Assembly (NCBI GenBank): GCA_019057815.1
Contig: JAHLWR010000007.1
Span: 95,386 to 159,385, forward strand
Direction of reading: 5' to 3'
Length of the DNA: 64,000 bases
From: Candidatus Heimdallarchaeota archaeon
GTDB taxonomy: Archaea > Asgardarchaeota > Heimdallarchaeia > Heimdallarchaeales > Heimdallarchaeaceae
A program made the translations under genes and the position numbers. Below the pieces are notes generated by a model. It had not been told where the DNA came from, did not search any database, and saw only the letters and a list, made by a program, of their open reading frames with translations. Positions within the stretch are counted from its first letter, which is position 1. Every line of letters starts with the position of its first letter. Of the stretch, positions 49,380 to 59,672 are shown in pieces.

Positions 49380-49443
49380 TTGGAATCCTTCTTCCAGTTC
49401 TATTTTCTCTTTTGTTTTATCTAATCAATATACGGTAATGATT

Positions 49444-50334
49444 TTAGTAGAACTCCTCAGTTATTGCTTTTATTTGTTCATCTGAAAGTTCTAGATCAGT
49501 TTTTGCGGGTATTATTCCTTGGTTTAATGCGAAATCTCTCTCCTCATATGTCGTTGTCTTTTCGATTTGATAGAAAATACCCGTTGGAAGTTTATTTCTT
49601 AAAATACGTCTGTTTGCTAAATCCATTGCAGCATGAAAATCTTCTTTATCATGACCAAAATCTTCAACTTTCATCACTTTATCTCTGAAGTAAGCGAATG
49701 TTTGTTTCTTATTAAAAGTAATACAAGGTGAGTAAACATCGACAAATGCAAATCCACGATGATCTATAGCTTCTTTAAGAATATAGGTCAGTTGAGTCAT
49801 ATCTCCAGAAAATCCTCTTGCAACAAAAGTTGCTCCTGAAGCGATTGCGACTGCTATCGGATTAATAGGATTTTCGATTGAACCTCTTGGTGTTGTTCTT
49901 GTTACAGTTCCAATAGGTGTTGTTGCTGATGCTTGACCAGTAGTTAGTCCATAGACAAAATTGTTTGAAACGATTGTAATAATATCCACATTTCTCCTGC
50001 AAGAATGTAGAAAATGATTTCCACCAATACCGTAGATGTCTCCATCTCCACCGTAAACTAGAACTGTCAATTCAGGATTAGCTAATCTGATACCTGTAGC
50101 TACCGGAATTCCTCTGCCATGAACAGTTTGCAAACCATAAACATTAAGGAAGTTTGGCATATGGGACGAACATCCGATTCCAGAGACTAGTACGACCTCT
50201 TCTGGAGGGATTTCTAATTCTATTAATGCTTGCCTTATTGCTCTCCATTGGGCGAAATTTCCACACCCTGGACACCAAGTAGGTTTGAAGTCACTCTGGT
50301 AGTCTTTTATTGTCAAATCAAACGTTTTACTCAT
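49444..50334 (-). CDS. korB: 2-oxoacid:ferredoxin oxidoreductase beta subunit
   Basis: WCPGCG, SGIGCS, HGR, GGDGD...IGGNH, NNFVYGLT.GQ, SPC. Confidence 0.92.
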   Translation of the reverse strand: MSKTFDLTIKDYQSDFKPTWCPGCGNFAQWRAIRQALIELEIPPEEVVLVSGIGCSSHMPNFLNVYGLQTVHGRGIPVATGIRLANPELTVLVYGGDGDIYGIGGNHFLHSCRRNVDIITIVSNNFVYGLTTGQASATTPIGTVTRTTPRGSIENPINPIAVAIASGATFVARGFSGDMTQLTYILKEAIDHRGFAFVDVYSPCITFNKKQTFAYFRDKVMKVEDFGHDKEDFHAAMDLANRRILRNKLPTGIFYQIEKTTTYEERDFALNQGIIPAKTDLELSDEQIKAITEEFY

Positions 50335-52075
50335 TTTGTACTACCTCCTTAACTTTGTTTACAATCTGTGACGGTACTATCGGTTCTCCATCATATCTTA
50401 ATAATGAATTTTTGATGTTAAATCCTGTTTTCATTCTTATATAATCTCTCATTTGTCCAGAAAAATTCTGTTCAACACATAATGTTTCCTTAGCCTTATT
50501 TAGTATTCTTAAAACCTCTTCTGAATGGAAGGGATTGATATACATAAGATGAAGTTGATTTGCTTTAATTCCATTACTGTTCAGTATGTTAATCGCCTCT
50601 TTTACTATATTTGATGTAGATCCCCAAGAAATAATAGTTATATCAGCATCTTTTGGTCCATATAGTTCTGGTTGAGGTAACTCCTTTAATAGTACATCCA
50701 TCTTTCTCATTCTCTTCTTCATCATATTAACTCTGATAGGAAGAGTTGAGGGTAAACCTGCCAAGGTTGAGGCTATTGAGGTACCTTCTTCTCGTCTCTC
50801 ACTTGATCCTGTAAAAAACATACCGTTTTCTGTTCCAGGCAAAGTACGAGGAGATACACCTGTTTCTGTTATTCTATAGCGTAGGTAGTCTTTGGGTGCT
50901 TTTTCTAAAATGGCGTATCTTTTATTCGCTCTCTTAAAATCCAATTTCTTTACTGTTGCTATTTGCTCTGAAAGATATAAATCCATTAATACAATTACCA
51001 CAACTTGGTATTTTTCAGCAATTTCCAAAGCTTTAATCCCTGTAAGAAAAGCTTCGTCTATACTTTTTGGCGCAATAATAACTTTTGGGAATTCTCCTTG
51101 GCTTGCTCCATACACTTGGAAAAGATCTGATTGTTCTGTTTTGGTAGCCATACCAGTCGAAGGTCCTGCTCTTTGGGAATTGATCACAACAAGAGGGATT
51201 TCCTCAATTCCTGCCATTCCAATAAGTTCAGTCATAAGAGCAAATCCACCTCCAGATGTACCTGTAGCGGATCTTGCCCCGCAGTAAGCTGCACCTATAG
51301 CCATTCCCACAGCTGCAAGCTCATCTTCTGTTTGTTTAACAATCATACCAAGCTTTGGTAAGTATTTTGTTAGGAAATGTACAATACTAGTAGCAGGTGT
51401 CATTGGATAGCCTGAATAAAATTTGAGTCCAGCTGATAGCATTCCTAGTGCTAGTGCTTCATTTCCTCCAATAATCATTTGTCGAGCTTTCTCGTACTTA
51501 CTTTTCACCCAGATAGGTGTCCACATTTTTTCTTTTACAAAGTTTATACCTTTATCCAATGCGTCATAATTTATTTTGATAACTTCTTCTCCCTTTGCAC
51601 CAAATTGTTCAACTATTACTTCTTTTACCAATATTACATCCAAGCCCAATAGAAAACTTATAGCACCAAAAACTACGCTGTTCTTTATTACTTTTATATT
51701 CGTTATCTCTTTTGCAATAGACACTGATGGTAAAGATAATTTTATTATGTCATCCGGATATCCAAGTTCCTCTAAATCTATATTTTCATCATCATAAATT
51801 ACTCTAGCACCTGAGTTGACTAATGGTTTGTGCAATTCTGCTACATGTTTGTTCAGTAAGACAATTATATCTGCATCTTCCCCAACTGAGAGGACTTCTT
51901 TCTTACTGAATCGAAGTTGATAACTGTTATAGCCACCTCTAATTACTGATTGGTAACTCCTGAAACCTAAAACATTCATGTTATGTTTCTTTAAAATTTT
52001 ACCAAACAATAAGCCTAAAGAGACCAATCCATCTCCAGCACTACCAACAAACCGAATGACTATGTCTTCCTTCAT
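50327..52075 (-). CDS. korA: 2-oxoacid:ferredoxin oxidoreductase alpha subunit (gamma-alpha fusion)
   Basis: GSAGDG, IRGG, GNEA, YPMTPAT, EDELAA, TSGGGF, RAGPSTG, WGST, EQN. Confidence 0.92.
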   Translation of the reverse strand: MKEDIVIRFVGSAGDGLVSLGLLFGKILKKHNMNVLGFRSYQSVIRGGYNSYQLRFSKKEVLSVGEDADIIVLLNKHVAELHKPLVNSGARVIYDDENIDLEELGYPDDIIKLSLPSVSIAKEITNIKVIKNSVVFGAISFLLGLDVILVKEVIVEQFGAKGEEVIKINYDALDKGINFVKEKMWTPIWVKSKYEKARQMIIGGNEALALGMLSAGLKFYSGYPMTPATSIVHFLTKYLPKLGMIVKQTEDELAAVGMAIGAAYCGARSATGTSGGGFALMTELIGMAGIEEIPLVVINSQRAGPSTGMATKTEQSDLFQVYGASQGEFPKVIIAPKSIDEAFLTGIKALEIAEKYQVVVIVLMDLYLSEQIATVKKLDFKRANKRYAILEKAPKDYLRYRITETGVSPRTLPGTENGMFFTGSSERREEGTSIASTLAGLPSTLPIRVNMMKKRMRKMDVLLKELPQPELYGPKDADITIISWGSTSNIVKEAINILNSNGIKANQLHLMYINPFHSEEVLRILNKAKETLCVEQNFSGQMRDYIRMKTGFNIKNSLLRYDGEPIVPSQIVNKVKEVVQNE

Positions 52076-52161
52076 TATGTAATCCTTCTAAATTGTCTAT
52101 TACACCATTCTGTTACTAACATAAAAAGCATTGTGAAACGACTTTTATATCAGAATAAAAA

Positions 52162-53154
52162 TTAGTTTAACCACAGAGATAGAAGTCCTATCTCCAATGG
52201 AAGGAAGATTAACCCAACTAATGTTAGAAGAGTGACGTATCTACTAGTAATAGTATCATCAAGCTCAAAATATCGTGCATAAGCGGTGTTGGCGACAGCG
52301 GGAGGAGATAAGCTCTGAATAGCTAAAGGTATTTTAGCTGCAATGATAGGTAAGGGAAGGAAATAAAGAACTAGAATACCCAATAGTCCACCACCGAATC
52401 TAGTAATAATCCCCCGACCAAGGGCAACTTCTTTCCATTCACTTTTTTTGGGAATTTTGAAACTTAAACCAACAAGTGCAAGCATTATAGCCATAGTTAC
52501 ATTTTGAAAAATAGTCAGAGCGATATAATCATTAGTTGGAACCGTACCTATAATAGAGCGCAATATGATTCCTAATATCATTCCAAGTGTTGGAGGAAAT
52601 AGAAACATATCTAGTAAAATCCTTGCAATAGATTTCCTTTTGGTTGATTCACTTGATTTACTATTAGTTGATCCGAAAATAACACCAATAAAAACTCCCA
52701 AACTATTACGTAATAGCATATTAGCAATAAGAAAAACAGTTGCCGTAAGTAAACCCTCGGTACCTACAAGTGCAAGAATTATGGGAAATGGGTAAAATAA
52801 TGCGTTCATGAAAGTAACGGTGCTTAGTTCTGCTCCTTTTTCAGCTTTAGTCATATTGGGTTTCTTTCTTATCATTAACCAATCAATAATTAGTGAAAAA
52901 ATACAAGAAAGAAAACCTATCAGAAGTACTAATCCCCATGAAATAGATGTTAAATCATCAATACCTAAAATAACGAAGACAAGTAGAACTGGAGTTAATA
53001 TATTTATACCAATAAAAGTAAGCCACTTGCCTAATTTCTCTGATTTCGACCACTTTTTTAATAGGAAGCCTGCTATAATTCCACCATAAATTATACCAAT
53101 GTTTAAAGCAAGTACGCCTAATTCAGAGAAATCAACCATTGAAAAGAAGAACAA
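52162..53154 (-). CDS. AEC (auxin efflux carrier) family transporter
   Basis: About 10 TM helices, FMNALFYPFPI, FPPT, PPAV...YARYF. Confidence 0.75.
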   Translation of the reverse strand: MFFFSMVDFSELGVLALNIGIIYGGIIAGFLLKKWSKSEKLGKWLTFIGINILTPVLLVFVILGIDDLTSISWGLVLLIGFLSCIFSLIIDWLMIRKKPNMTKAEKGAELSTVTFMNALFYPFPIILALVGTEGLLTATVFLIANMLLRNSLGVFIGVIFGSTNSKSSESTKRKSIARILLDMFLFPPTLGMILGIILRSIIGTVPTNDYIALTIFQNVTMAIMLALVGLSFKIPKKSEWKEVALGRGIITRFGGGLLGILVLYFLPLPIIAAKIPLAIQSLSPPAVANTAYARYFELDDTITSRYVTLLTLVGLIFLPLEIGLLSLWLN

Positions 53155-53284
53155 GCTTCTTGTTTTAAACTTTTTTTTAACACAATATTAAGAAAAAACT
53201 ATAAAATCGATTTTTAAACGATTTTCTAGTTGTCATCTTGTTTTTGCGAAAATTATCAGCAAAAGAAATAATAGAAAAGGATTC

Positions 53285-55210
53285 TTAACTGAGATAGAGC
53301 TTCTTAAGGGACTTCAATAATGAAGTATAGATTGGAAAGCTCTTTTCTCCAGATTGATCTTTAGCAACTAGCAACTCCTTCAGATTCTGTGTTGCTTGAA
53401 AAATAATGGTTGGTGCAGTCGTTTCGATAAACGGTCTTTGTTGCAACAGATATCCTTGTAACGAAGTGTTGTAAATTGTGCAGATTTTCACAAGCATCTT
53501 TCCTTCTTCCTGAGAAGTCATAGATGTATCATTTGTTTTTATCCATTTCCAATTTCCTTCCATACTAGCTAACCAAATATTTAGCACGAATCCATGGAGA
53601 TCTGATGGGCTACCAAATTTGAGATAATTATTCAAGAAAACAGTTAATTGTCCTAAAGTGTTTAAAGCTTCAACATCGTTTTCTACTAACTGAATTGCAA
53701 GAAAGAAGTCTTTTTGGAATTCATTTATTTCTTTCAATATATCTTTTGATATCTTTAGATGGTCATCTTTTGATTCTTTAATATCATCGTAACTTTTTCC
53801 TATGAAATTAAAACCATCAATAATTACATCTAGCTTGTTTTGTTTATCAGCCTTGTACTTTAGTTCTTTAATATACTTAGAGATTTTTTCATTAATTTCA
53901 TTTTGCTTCTCTTCGATTTCTTTATCAGATACATCGATCTTTTCTGGAGGTATAGTTTCACCTTTCATTGAGCTATTATGTTGTTTCAATGCCTTAATTG
54001 AATCCATCAAGTTAGATCCTGTTAGCAGTCTCTGGATTGTTTTTGCTACAAGATAGTTTCGTTCTTTCTTGTTTTTAGTTTTTGAGCTTATTACTGCTAT
54101 AAAGAAGTTTAAAGCGTTTGAAACAATACGATATGGATCCAACTTTGAATTACCTTTCAGAGCTTGGGGAGAGAAATCTAAATCGACCCAATCCATAAGA
54201 GCATGGCTTACCAGTGAAAATGGAGGATTAATCGCAGTAAATAGTGGTATAGTTGAATAACTATTTGCTAGGGAAAGTAAGACATCTTGGTATCCAAAAC
54301 TCAACATCTTCTTAGGTTTTTTGAATGAAAGTTCTAATCCACCATATAGAAATTGTATGGAGAAATAGTACAACAAGTGTTTATTGAGACTAATAGAACC
54401 AATGCTTTCTGCCTTATAGTCTTCACTATTTCTTAGTGCCTCAATGAGACCTTCATTTTTCACAACTTCAGCTCTTTCAGCAAGTTGAGATAGTTCTTTT
54501 ACTAACTCCTCATCTTCTGGATAAACATGTTCTAGAATTATAAATATCCAGTGAATAAGATAGTTGTATAGATATTTATCTTTAATCAAGATAGCTCTCC
54601 AATCAAGCCATTGAGAAATTTTATTTGAAAAGATTTCATTCATTTTTTCAATAGTTTCGTTTGTAATATATCTAGCAGAATATCTTAGAGGAAAGATAGA
54701 TACTGGTTTCTTCTCTTTAAACAATATTTGCTCGATATCTCTCAATATTGTGCTAAAAATCAATTCCAAATCCATAATAGAGTATCTGGACATTACTTTA
54801 GATTCTTTCCAATAATCAGTAACACAGGTACCGTTTCTTACAAATCTAGGCCTAAGGAATATTTTCAAAAGAGGTTCAAAGAAGATTTTTCCTTCTTCAT
54901 CCAATTCCTGGAAGAACACATCTGGTTGAATTTCGAATGTTAGATAATATTGAATTAGATAAGAATGAAAACCTGTTCCCTGCAGTTCTTGTTTATCTAG
55001 ATAAAACTGAATAGCTTTGACAGTTTCAGGAGAGTTTTTTTTGATTTTTTTAATGTCAACATCAGATGGTAATTCTAGCAATTGCTTTTGTTTGTCACGG
55101 GGAAAAAGATATTTACCATCTTTTTCAAATGCTAAAACTCTTTTCTTTAGTAATGCACCAAATGAGATAGATTTTCCTTGTAATTCACCTTTAAATAATT
55201 CAATTTCCAT
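53285..55210 (-). CDS. Hypothetical protein
   Basis: 641-aa mostly helical ORF, no family recognised. Confidence 0.7.
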   Translation of the reverse strand: MEIELFKGELQGKSISFGALLKKRVLAFEKDGKYLFPRDKQKQLLELPSDVDIKKIKKNSPETVKAIQFYLDKQELQGTGFHSYLIQYYLTFEIQPDVFFQELDEEGKIFFEPLLKIFLRPRFVRNGTCVTDYWKESKVMSRYSIMDLELIFSTILRDIEQILFKEKKPVSIFPLRYSARYITNETIEKMNEIFSNKISQWLDWRAILIKDKYLYNYLIHWIFIILEHVYPEDEELVKELSQLAERAEVVKNEGLIEALRNSEDYKAESIGSISLNKHLLYYFSIQFLYGGLELSFKKPKKMLSFGYQDVLLSLANSYSTIPLFTAINPPFSLVSHALMDWVDLDFSPQALKGNSKLDPYRIVSNALNFFIAVISSKTKNKKERNYLVAKTIQRLLTGSNLMDSIKALKQHNSSMKGETIPPEKIDVSDKEIEEKQNEINEKISKYIKELKYKADKQNKLDVIIDGFNFIGKSYDDIKESKDDHLKISKDILKEINEFQKDFFLAIQLVENDVEALNTLGQLTVFLNNYLKFGSPSDLHGFVLNIWLASMEGNWKWIKTNDTSMTSQEEGKMLVKICTIYNTSLQGYLLQQRPFIETTAPTIIFQATQNLKELLVAKDQSGEKSFPIYTSLLKSLKKLYLS

Positions 55211-55332
55211 TGTTTTACTGTCCTTTTAATGCTAACAACTCTGAAAACACTACTGTGTTTTTATATGTTGAGTTTGTAATGTTGTCATATTAATTTTTTT
55301 CTGAGTTTATATAGGGAAAGCTAAAGAATCTT

Positions 55333-56592
55333 ATGATGACCAAAGTTTTGCGGACAGAAATAATGGAGGTACGACGAAACAAAGAGTTGAGCAAGCTTTG
55401 TCATCAGACTAAGAACCTCTACAATCGAGCAAATTTCCTGATTAAAGAACAGCTTAAGAAAAGCGACAAACTATTGTTCTACAACGATCTGGATAGACTC
55501 TTGAAGGAAGAACAGTGTTACAAACTTTTACCTGCTCACACAGCTCAACACGTCCTCAAATTGCTGACAAGGAACTGGAAAGCTTACTTCCAAGCTCTGA
55601 AAGAATGGAAGAAACAGCCTAACAAATTCCTCAGTTGTCCTCGTTCTCCCTATTTCAAGAAACCTTCTGGGGAAACCATCGCTATCTTTAGTAACCAGCA
55701 AGCGAGAATTGTCAATGGGTGGGTGGTATTGCCAAAAAAAGTTAAGTTCACAATCAAGACTCGATTAACAGCTCATGATGACTTGCGAGAAGTGCGTGTC
55801 ATCCCTCGAGGAGTAGGATACACTATCGAGCTTGTTTATCACAAAAATCTTCCAAAGCCAACTAAAAAGAAAAAGAACAGAAAGGGTTCCATCGATTTAG
55901 GGTTAACCAACCTCGTGACTTTTGTGGATAACATCGGATCGCGTCCGATTGTCATCAAGGACGAGGGTAAAGGGATAAAATCATTCACACAATATTATTT
56001 GAAAGAAGTAAAAAAGTTACAACAGCAGTATGCATCACAGCAACGAAGACAATTACAAAAAAACAATAGATTAGTCTATGGCCAGGATTTCTACCATCTT
56101 CGCCAACACTGGAGGTGGAAGTTGAAGGACTGGTTACACAAAGTTAGCAAGTTCCTTGTTGAACTCTGGGAAAGCAGAGGGTTACACACTGTCTACATCG
56201 GCTACAATCCTCTCTGGAAACAGCAACTTAGGTTGAGAAAGAAAATTACCCAGCTTTTTGTCATCGTTCCCTTTGACAAACTCATCAAACTCCTTCAATA
56301 TAAGGCTGAAGAGAAAGGGATAAAGGTTGCACAAGTAGAAGAGTCTTATACCTCTAAATGTAGTTTCCTAGACAATGAGTCTCCCCAGCACTACGCTCAT
56401 TATAAAGGTAAGAGAGTGCACCGAGGGCTGTTTCGTTCCGCAACAGGTTTGTTGATCAATGCTGATGTTAACGCTGCTTACAACATCTTACTTAAAGGCG
56501 ATCCGCAAGCATTACCATGTCGTAATGTGGGCGGGGTAGGAGGGTATGTGATTTACCCCCTTAGAGTGAGCTACCCAGCAATGACTCTCTAA
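55333..56592 (+). CDS. tnpB: RNA-guided endonuclease TnpB
   Basis: KNLYN, SIDLG (RuvC-I), D.LHKVS, IGYN..WKQ, YKAEE.GI...EESYTSKC, RGLF, NADVNAAYNI (RuvC-III). Confidence 0.93.
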   Translation: MMTKVLRTEIMEVRRNKELSKLCHQTKNLYNRANFLIKEQLKKSDKLLFYNDLDRLLKEEQCYKLLPAHTAQHVLKLLTRNWKAYFQALKEWKKQPNKFLSCPRSPYFKKPSGETIAIFSNQQARIVNGWVVLPKKVKFTIKTRLTAHDDLREVRVIPRGVGYTIELVYHKNLPKPTKKKKNRKGSIDLGLTNLVTFVDNIGSRPIVIKDEGKGIKSFTQYYLKEVKKLQQQYASQQRRQLQKNNRLVYGQDFYHLRQHWRWKLKDWLHKVSKFLVELWESRGLHTVYIGYNPLWKQQLRLRKKITQLFVIVPFDKLIKLLQYKAEEKGIKVAQVEESYTSKCSFLDNESPQHYAHYKGKRVHRGLFRSATGLLINADVNAAYNILLKGDPQALPCRNVGGVGGYVIYPLRVSYPAMTL

Positions 56593-56623
56593 GAAAGATC
56601 GTGTTATATGACAATATGACAAA
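56500..56623 (+). ncRNA. Putative omega/reRNA scaffold overlapping the tnpB 3' end (boundaries uncertain)
   Basis: Nested stems GGGTAG (56534-39)/CTACCC (56571-76) and GGGTA (56542-46)/TACCC (56554-58), at the position expected for TnpB guide RNAs. Confidence 0.45.
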
Positions 56624-56706
56624 ATTAAATCATGTGTTTCTTTATGATTTACATATTTGAGGGAAATTAAGGTTATATGATAAACTTTTAAATCTTAAGT
56701 AATTTC

Positions 56707-58017
56707 ATGGGGATATCTATGAAATTCTCTTCCTTTCTTTCCACTAAAGGACATCACATTGATGACACCGTTGATTTAAAAAAAGGCACACTTGCTTGGG
56801 GTATAAAAGCTAAAAATATGGCTAAAACCGTTCCAAGTTTTATCAATGCGACCATTGGAAGCGCTACAGAAGATGATGGTTCGCTTCTAATTCTACCAAC
56901 AATAAAGAAGGAAATAAATGAGCTAACAAGTACTCAACTTTTCGGTTATGCTAATGTTAGAGGTCAAACAACTTTTGTCAAACATTGGAAAGAAGACACA
57001 TTAAGCACATTTCCAGAAAGGTTAGTTGAGAGAGCTGATCAGCTTTCAACTCTACCAGTCACAACTTGTGGGGGTTTGACAGCAGGTCTTTCAATAACAG
57101 GACAATTATTTCTAGAAGAAAATGACTCTTTATTAGTTCCTGTTTCTCGATGGAGAAATGTTGACAATATTTTCTTCAGGAATTTAAATATACGCGAAGA
57201 AAATTACAGATTAATCACCAAAGAAGGGAAACTATGCTTTGAGAATCTTGTTGAAAAAATAGAAGAAAAAGAGAAAAAAGGGAAGAAAATTGGAATCTAT
57301 CTTAACTTTCCTAACAACCCCTCTGGTATTAGTCCATCTTTTGACCAACTCAAAATTTTACTAGAAAAACTAGAGGAAGTCAAAACACCAGTCATAATCC
57401 TTCTTGACGATGCTTATGAGGGATATGTATTTGAAAAAGATGTTATCAACCACTCAATTTTCCCCTATTTAGTAGGTCTTAATGATAATGTCATTACTGC
57501 TAAAATCGATGGAATATCAAAAAGATATTGTGCATATGGGATGAGATTAGGTCTGGTAACATTAGGATTTGGAAAACATAAAGGTCAGGAGCTAAAAGAA
57601 CAATCTAGGGAGCTATTGGCAAAAGCTGCTAGAACAATAGCATCTAGTTCTCCAAGAGGAATTCAAGAAGTTTTAGCAAAAATATTCTCAGATGAAGAGA
57701 AGAAACAACAACTTTTGAAAGAGAAAAAACGAGTCTTTGATGTCATCGAATCGAGATACAAATTAACAAAAGAGATAACAAAGAAAAACGGTCATCCTCA
57801 TTTCACCTCTGTAGATTTCAACTCAGGATTTTTCTGTTACTTCATTGTTAATGACAACAAATCTGCTTCAGCTTTAGGAGAGGAGATGTTAGAAAAAGGG
57901 CTGGGTATCGTCCCGTTTGAAAACAAAGAAACAGGATTAAATGGCATAAGAATGGCTTTCTGTTCTATTAGAAGAGAAAATATTTCTAGAGCTCTGGACA
58001 TTCTCTACTCATCATAA
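56707..58017 (+). CDS. Aminotransferase class I/II (PLP)
   Basis: INATIG, NFPNNPSG, DDAYEG, DGISK...YGMRLG, IRMAF. Confidence 0.9.
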   Translation: MGISMKFSSFLSTKGHHIDDTVDLKKGTLAWGIKAKNMAKTVPSFINATIGSATEDDGSLLILPTIKKEINELTSTQLFGYANVRGQTTFVKHWKEDTLSTFPERLVERADQLSTLPVTTCGGLTAGLSITGQLFLEENDSLLVPVSRWRNVDNIFFRNLNIREENYRLITKEGKLCFENLVEKIEEKEKKGKKIGIYLNFPNNPSGISPSFDQLKILLEKLEEVKTPVIILLDDAYEGYVFEKDVINHSIFPYLVGLNDNVITAKIDGISKRYCAYGMRLGLVTLGFGKHKGQELKEQSRELLAKAARTIASSSPRGIQEVLAKIFSDEEKKQQLLKEKKRVFDVIESRYKLTKEITKKNGHPHFTSVDFNSGFFCYFIVNDNKSASALGEEMLEKGLGIVPFENKETGLNGIRMAFCSIRRENISRALDILYSS

Positions 58018-58113
58018 GAGGAAATCTTTATCTTTCAAATATCAACTAATATAGATTTACCATCCATTATTAATTGAGAAGATTTAAATATTAATTTTCG
58101 TATTAGCTTATTA

Positions 58114-59106
58114 ATGAGAATTCTTAAAAATTATAACAAATGTCTTTTCATCATCACAATCATTATTATCAGTATTTTTGTCAATCCTTCTGTCATAGCA
58201 GATTCCCAAGATTATTGGAGCAGTTATAGCGACACTTATGTTTACAAAGGAACAAGGTCATACTATGCTGTATATCCTGATCCTCTTAACAACACAAACG
58301 AATGGCAACATGATATTGTACCTGTTGAGCTACTTAATGTTTCTATAGATCAAAACGTTGTCAATTTTCGTTCAAAGGATATTTGGTTGCATTTTATGGG
58401 ATTGCAACATTTCGAGACTCCAGAAGAATATGACACATACAAACAGGAAGTATGGGATTATGATAATGTTACAGGAACAGGGAAAGCTGCTATTGTCTAT
58501 ACAGAAAATGAGAATGAAGTTTGTCTAACTGATGCGCAATATAACCCTATTACGACAAGTATTGAGATACCTATTGATGTAATAGCACTATTTGATGAAT
58601 GGATTTATTCGTATGTCTGGGGTATCTGGTTTTTACCAACAGAATCACCTGAATTTTCATTCGTTACGGATTATTCTAAATATAATAATGAAACAATAGT
58701 TGGTCAAAGCTCATATACACGATCTGTCTCTGTAAAGATTAGAAATCACTTCTGGCTTAATTCTACCCTATATAAGGGCTGGGAAATCTCCACAATAGAA
58801 GAAGAACAAGTGATTATAAATGGAACGTTTAGCTGGAACAATCATTATGAAAGATTGATATGTTACTTAGAAAATGGAATTTTGTACAATTATTTCGTAG
58901 ATTATGAATACAATAGCTATAACTCCTACAATCCAAATATTACATCCGAATTTCGCATTTTTCTTGACGAACCTTATCTCCAAGAAGGGATAATATCTAG
59001 CTGGTTACTTATTCTACTCACAGTCGGAACAGCATCTATTGTCTGTTTAGCTATTGCGCTCTTAACTTGGAAAAGAATAAAAATACGAAAACTAGCAGAC
59101 GCTTAA
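58114..59106 (+). CDS. Hypothetical secreted protein with C-terminal TM anchor
   Basis: Signal peptide, aromatic beta-rich ectodomain, TM plus basic tail. Confidence 0.7.
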   Translation: MRILKNYNKCLFIITIIIISIFVNPSVIADSQDYWSSYSDTYVYKGTRSYYAVYPDPLNNTNEWQHDIVPVELLNVSIDQNVVNFRSKDIWLHFMGLQHFETPEEYDTYKQEVWDYDNVTGTGKAAIVYTENENEVCLTDAQYNPITTSIEIPIDVIALFDEWIYSYVWGIWFLPTESPEFSFVTDYSKYNNETIVGQSSYTRSVSVKIRNHFWLNSTLYKGWEISTIEEEQVIINGTFSWNNHYERLICYLENGILYNYFVDYEYNSYNSYNPNITSEFRIFLDEPYLQEGIISSWLLILLTVGTASIVCLAIALLTWKRIKIRKLADA

Positions 59107-59204
59107 TCTTTGAGATTTTCAGGTTTGAGAAGTAAATCCCAATCAGATGTTGTTTTAATAGCGTTAGACAGACTTTTTTTCTCCAAGCTAAAGTAGAACC
59201 AGAT

Positions 59205-59606
59205 CTATTTCTCTATTTTGATTTGAGAATATTTCATTTTTAGTTCCCGAAATTTTGAACTATTTAAACCCTCAATATATGTAACTTTAAACCTCTGGAT
59301 TTTTATCCAGTAACCTGAATTTACTTTATAACCAAATTTTCTAAACTCATTTTTTAAGAAACCATGAAATTTTTTACCTTCAGGATCAGCATCTAACAAT
59401 AAAATAATTTGATAATCTTTGGAATATTTAACCATGATTCCTTCTGAAAATTCTAATAGAGGGGGTGACAGAATTTCTATTGGGTAAGTAATTTCCCAGA
59501 ATTTAAGAGCTTCTTTATCTTTTACTCCTTCAACTATTATAACTGATTTATGCTCATTTTGAAGTCTATCAACAAATTCAAAAAAATCTTCTTCCGGGAA
59601 ATCCAT
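59205..59606 (-). CDS. Stand-alone TOPRIM domain protein
   Basis: IIVEGVKD...ILLLDADPEG. Confidence 0.85.
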   Translation of the reverse strand: MDFPEEDFFEFVDRLQNEHKSVIIVEGVKDKEALKFWEITYPIEILSPPLLEFSEGIMVKYSKDYQIILLLDADPEGKKFHGFLKNEFRKFGYKVNSGYWIKIQRFKVTYIEGLNSSKFRELKMKYSQIKIEK

Positions 59607-59672
59607 TAAGAAATAATTAGTGTATAATTTATATGTTTATAGAATAAGAAGGAAAAAGGAAAAAAGGAAAAT

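Larger units (their letters stand above)
55273..56623 (+). mobile_element. Non-autonomous tnpB-only (IS1341-like) element with 18-bp imperfect inverted repeats at its putative ends
   Basis: TTTGTAATGTTGTCATAT (55273-90) versus the reverse complement of 56606-23 (TTTGTCATATTGTCATAT), 16/18 match. Higher GC than flanks, sits between divergent genes, no tnpA. Confidence 0.6.

Noticed and set aside
53203-53225. Palindrome AAAATCGATTTT upstream of the AEC transporter
   Set aside because: A single AT-rich palindrome with no second instance or linked regulator, so the evidence is insufficient.
53800-53830. VIIDGFN resembling the start of an NYN/PIN nuclease domain in the 641-aa orphan
   Set aside because: The downstream acidic motifs and beta/alpha pattern of NYN are not evident. 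Probably chance.
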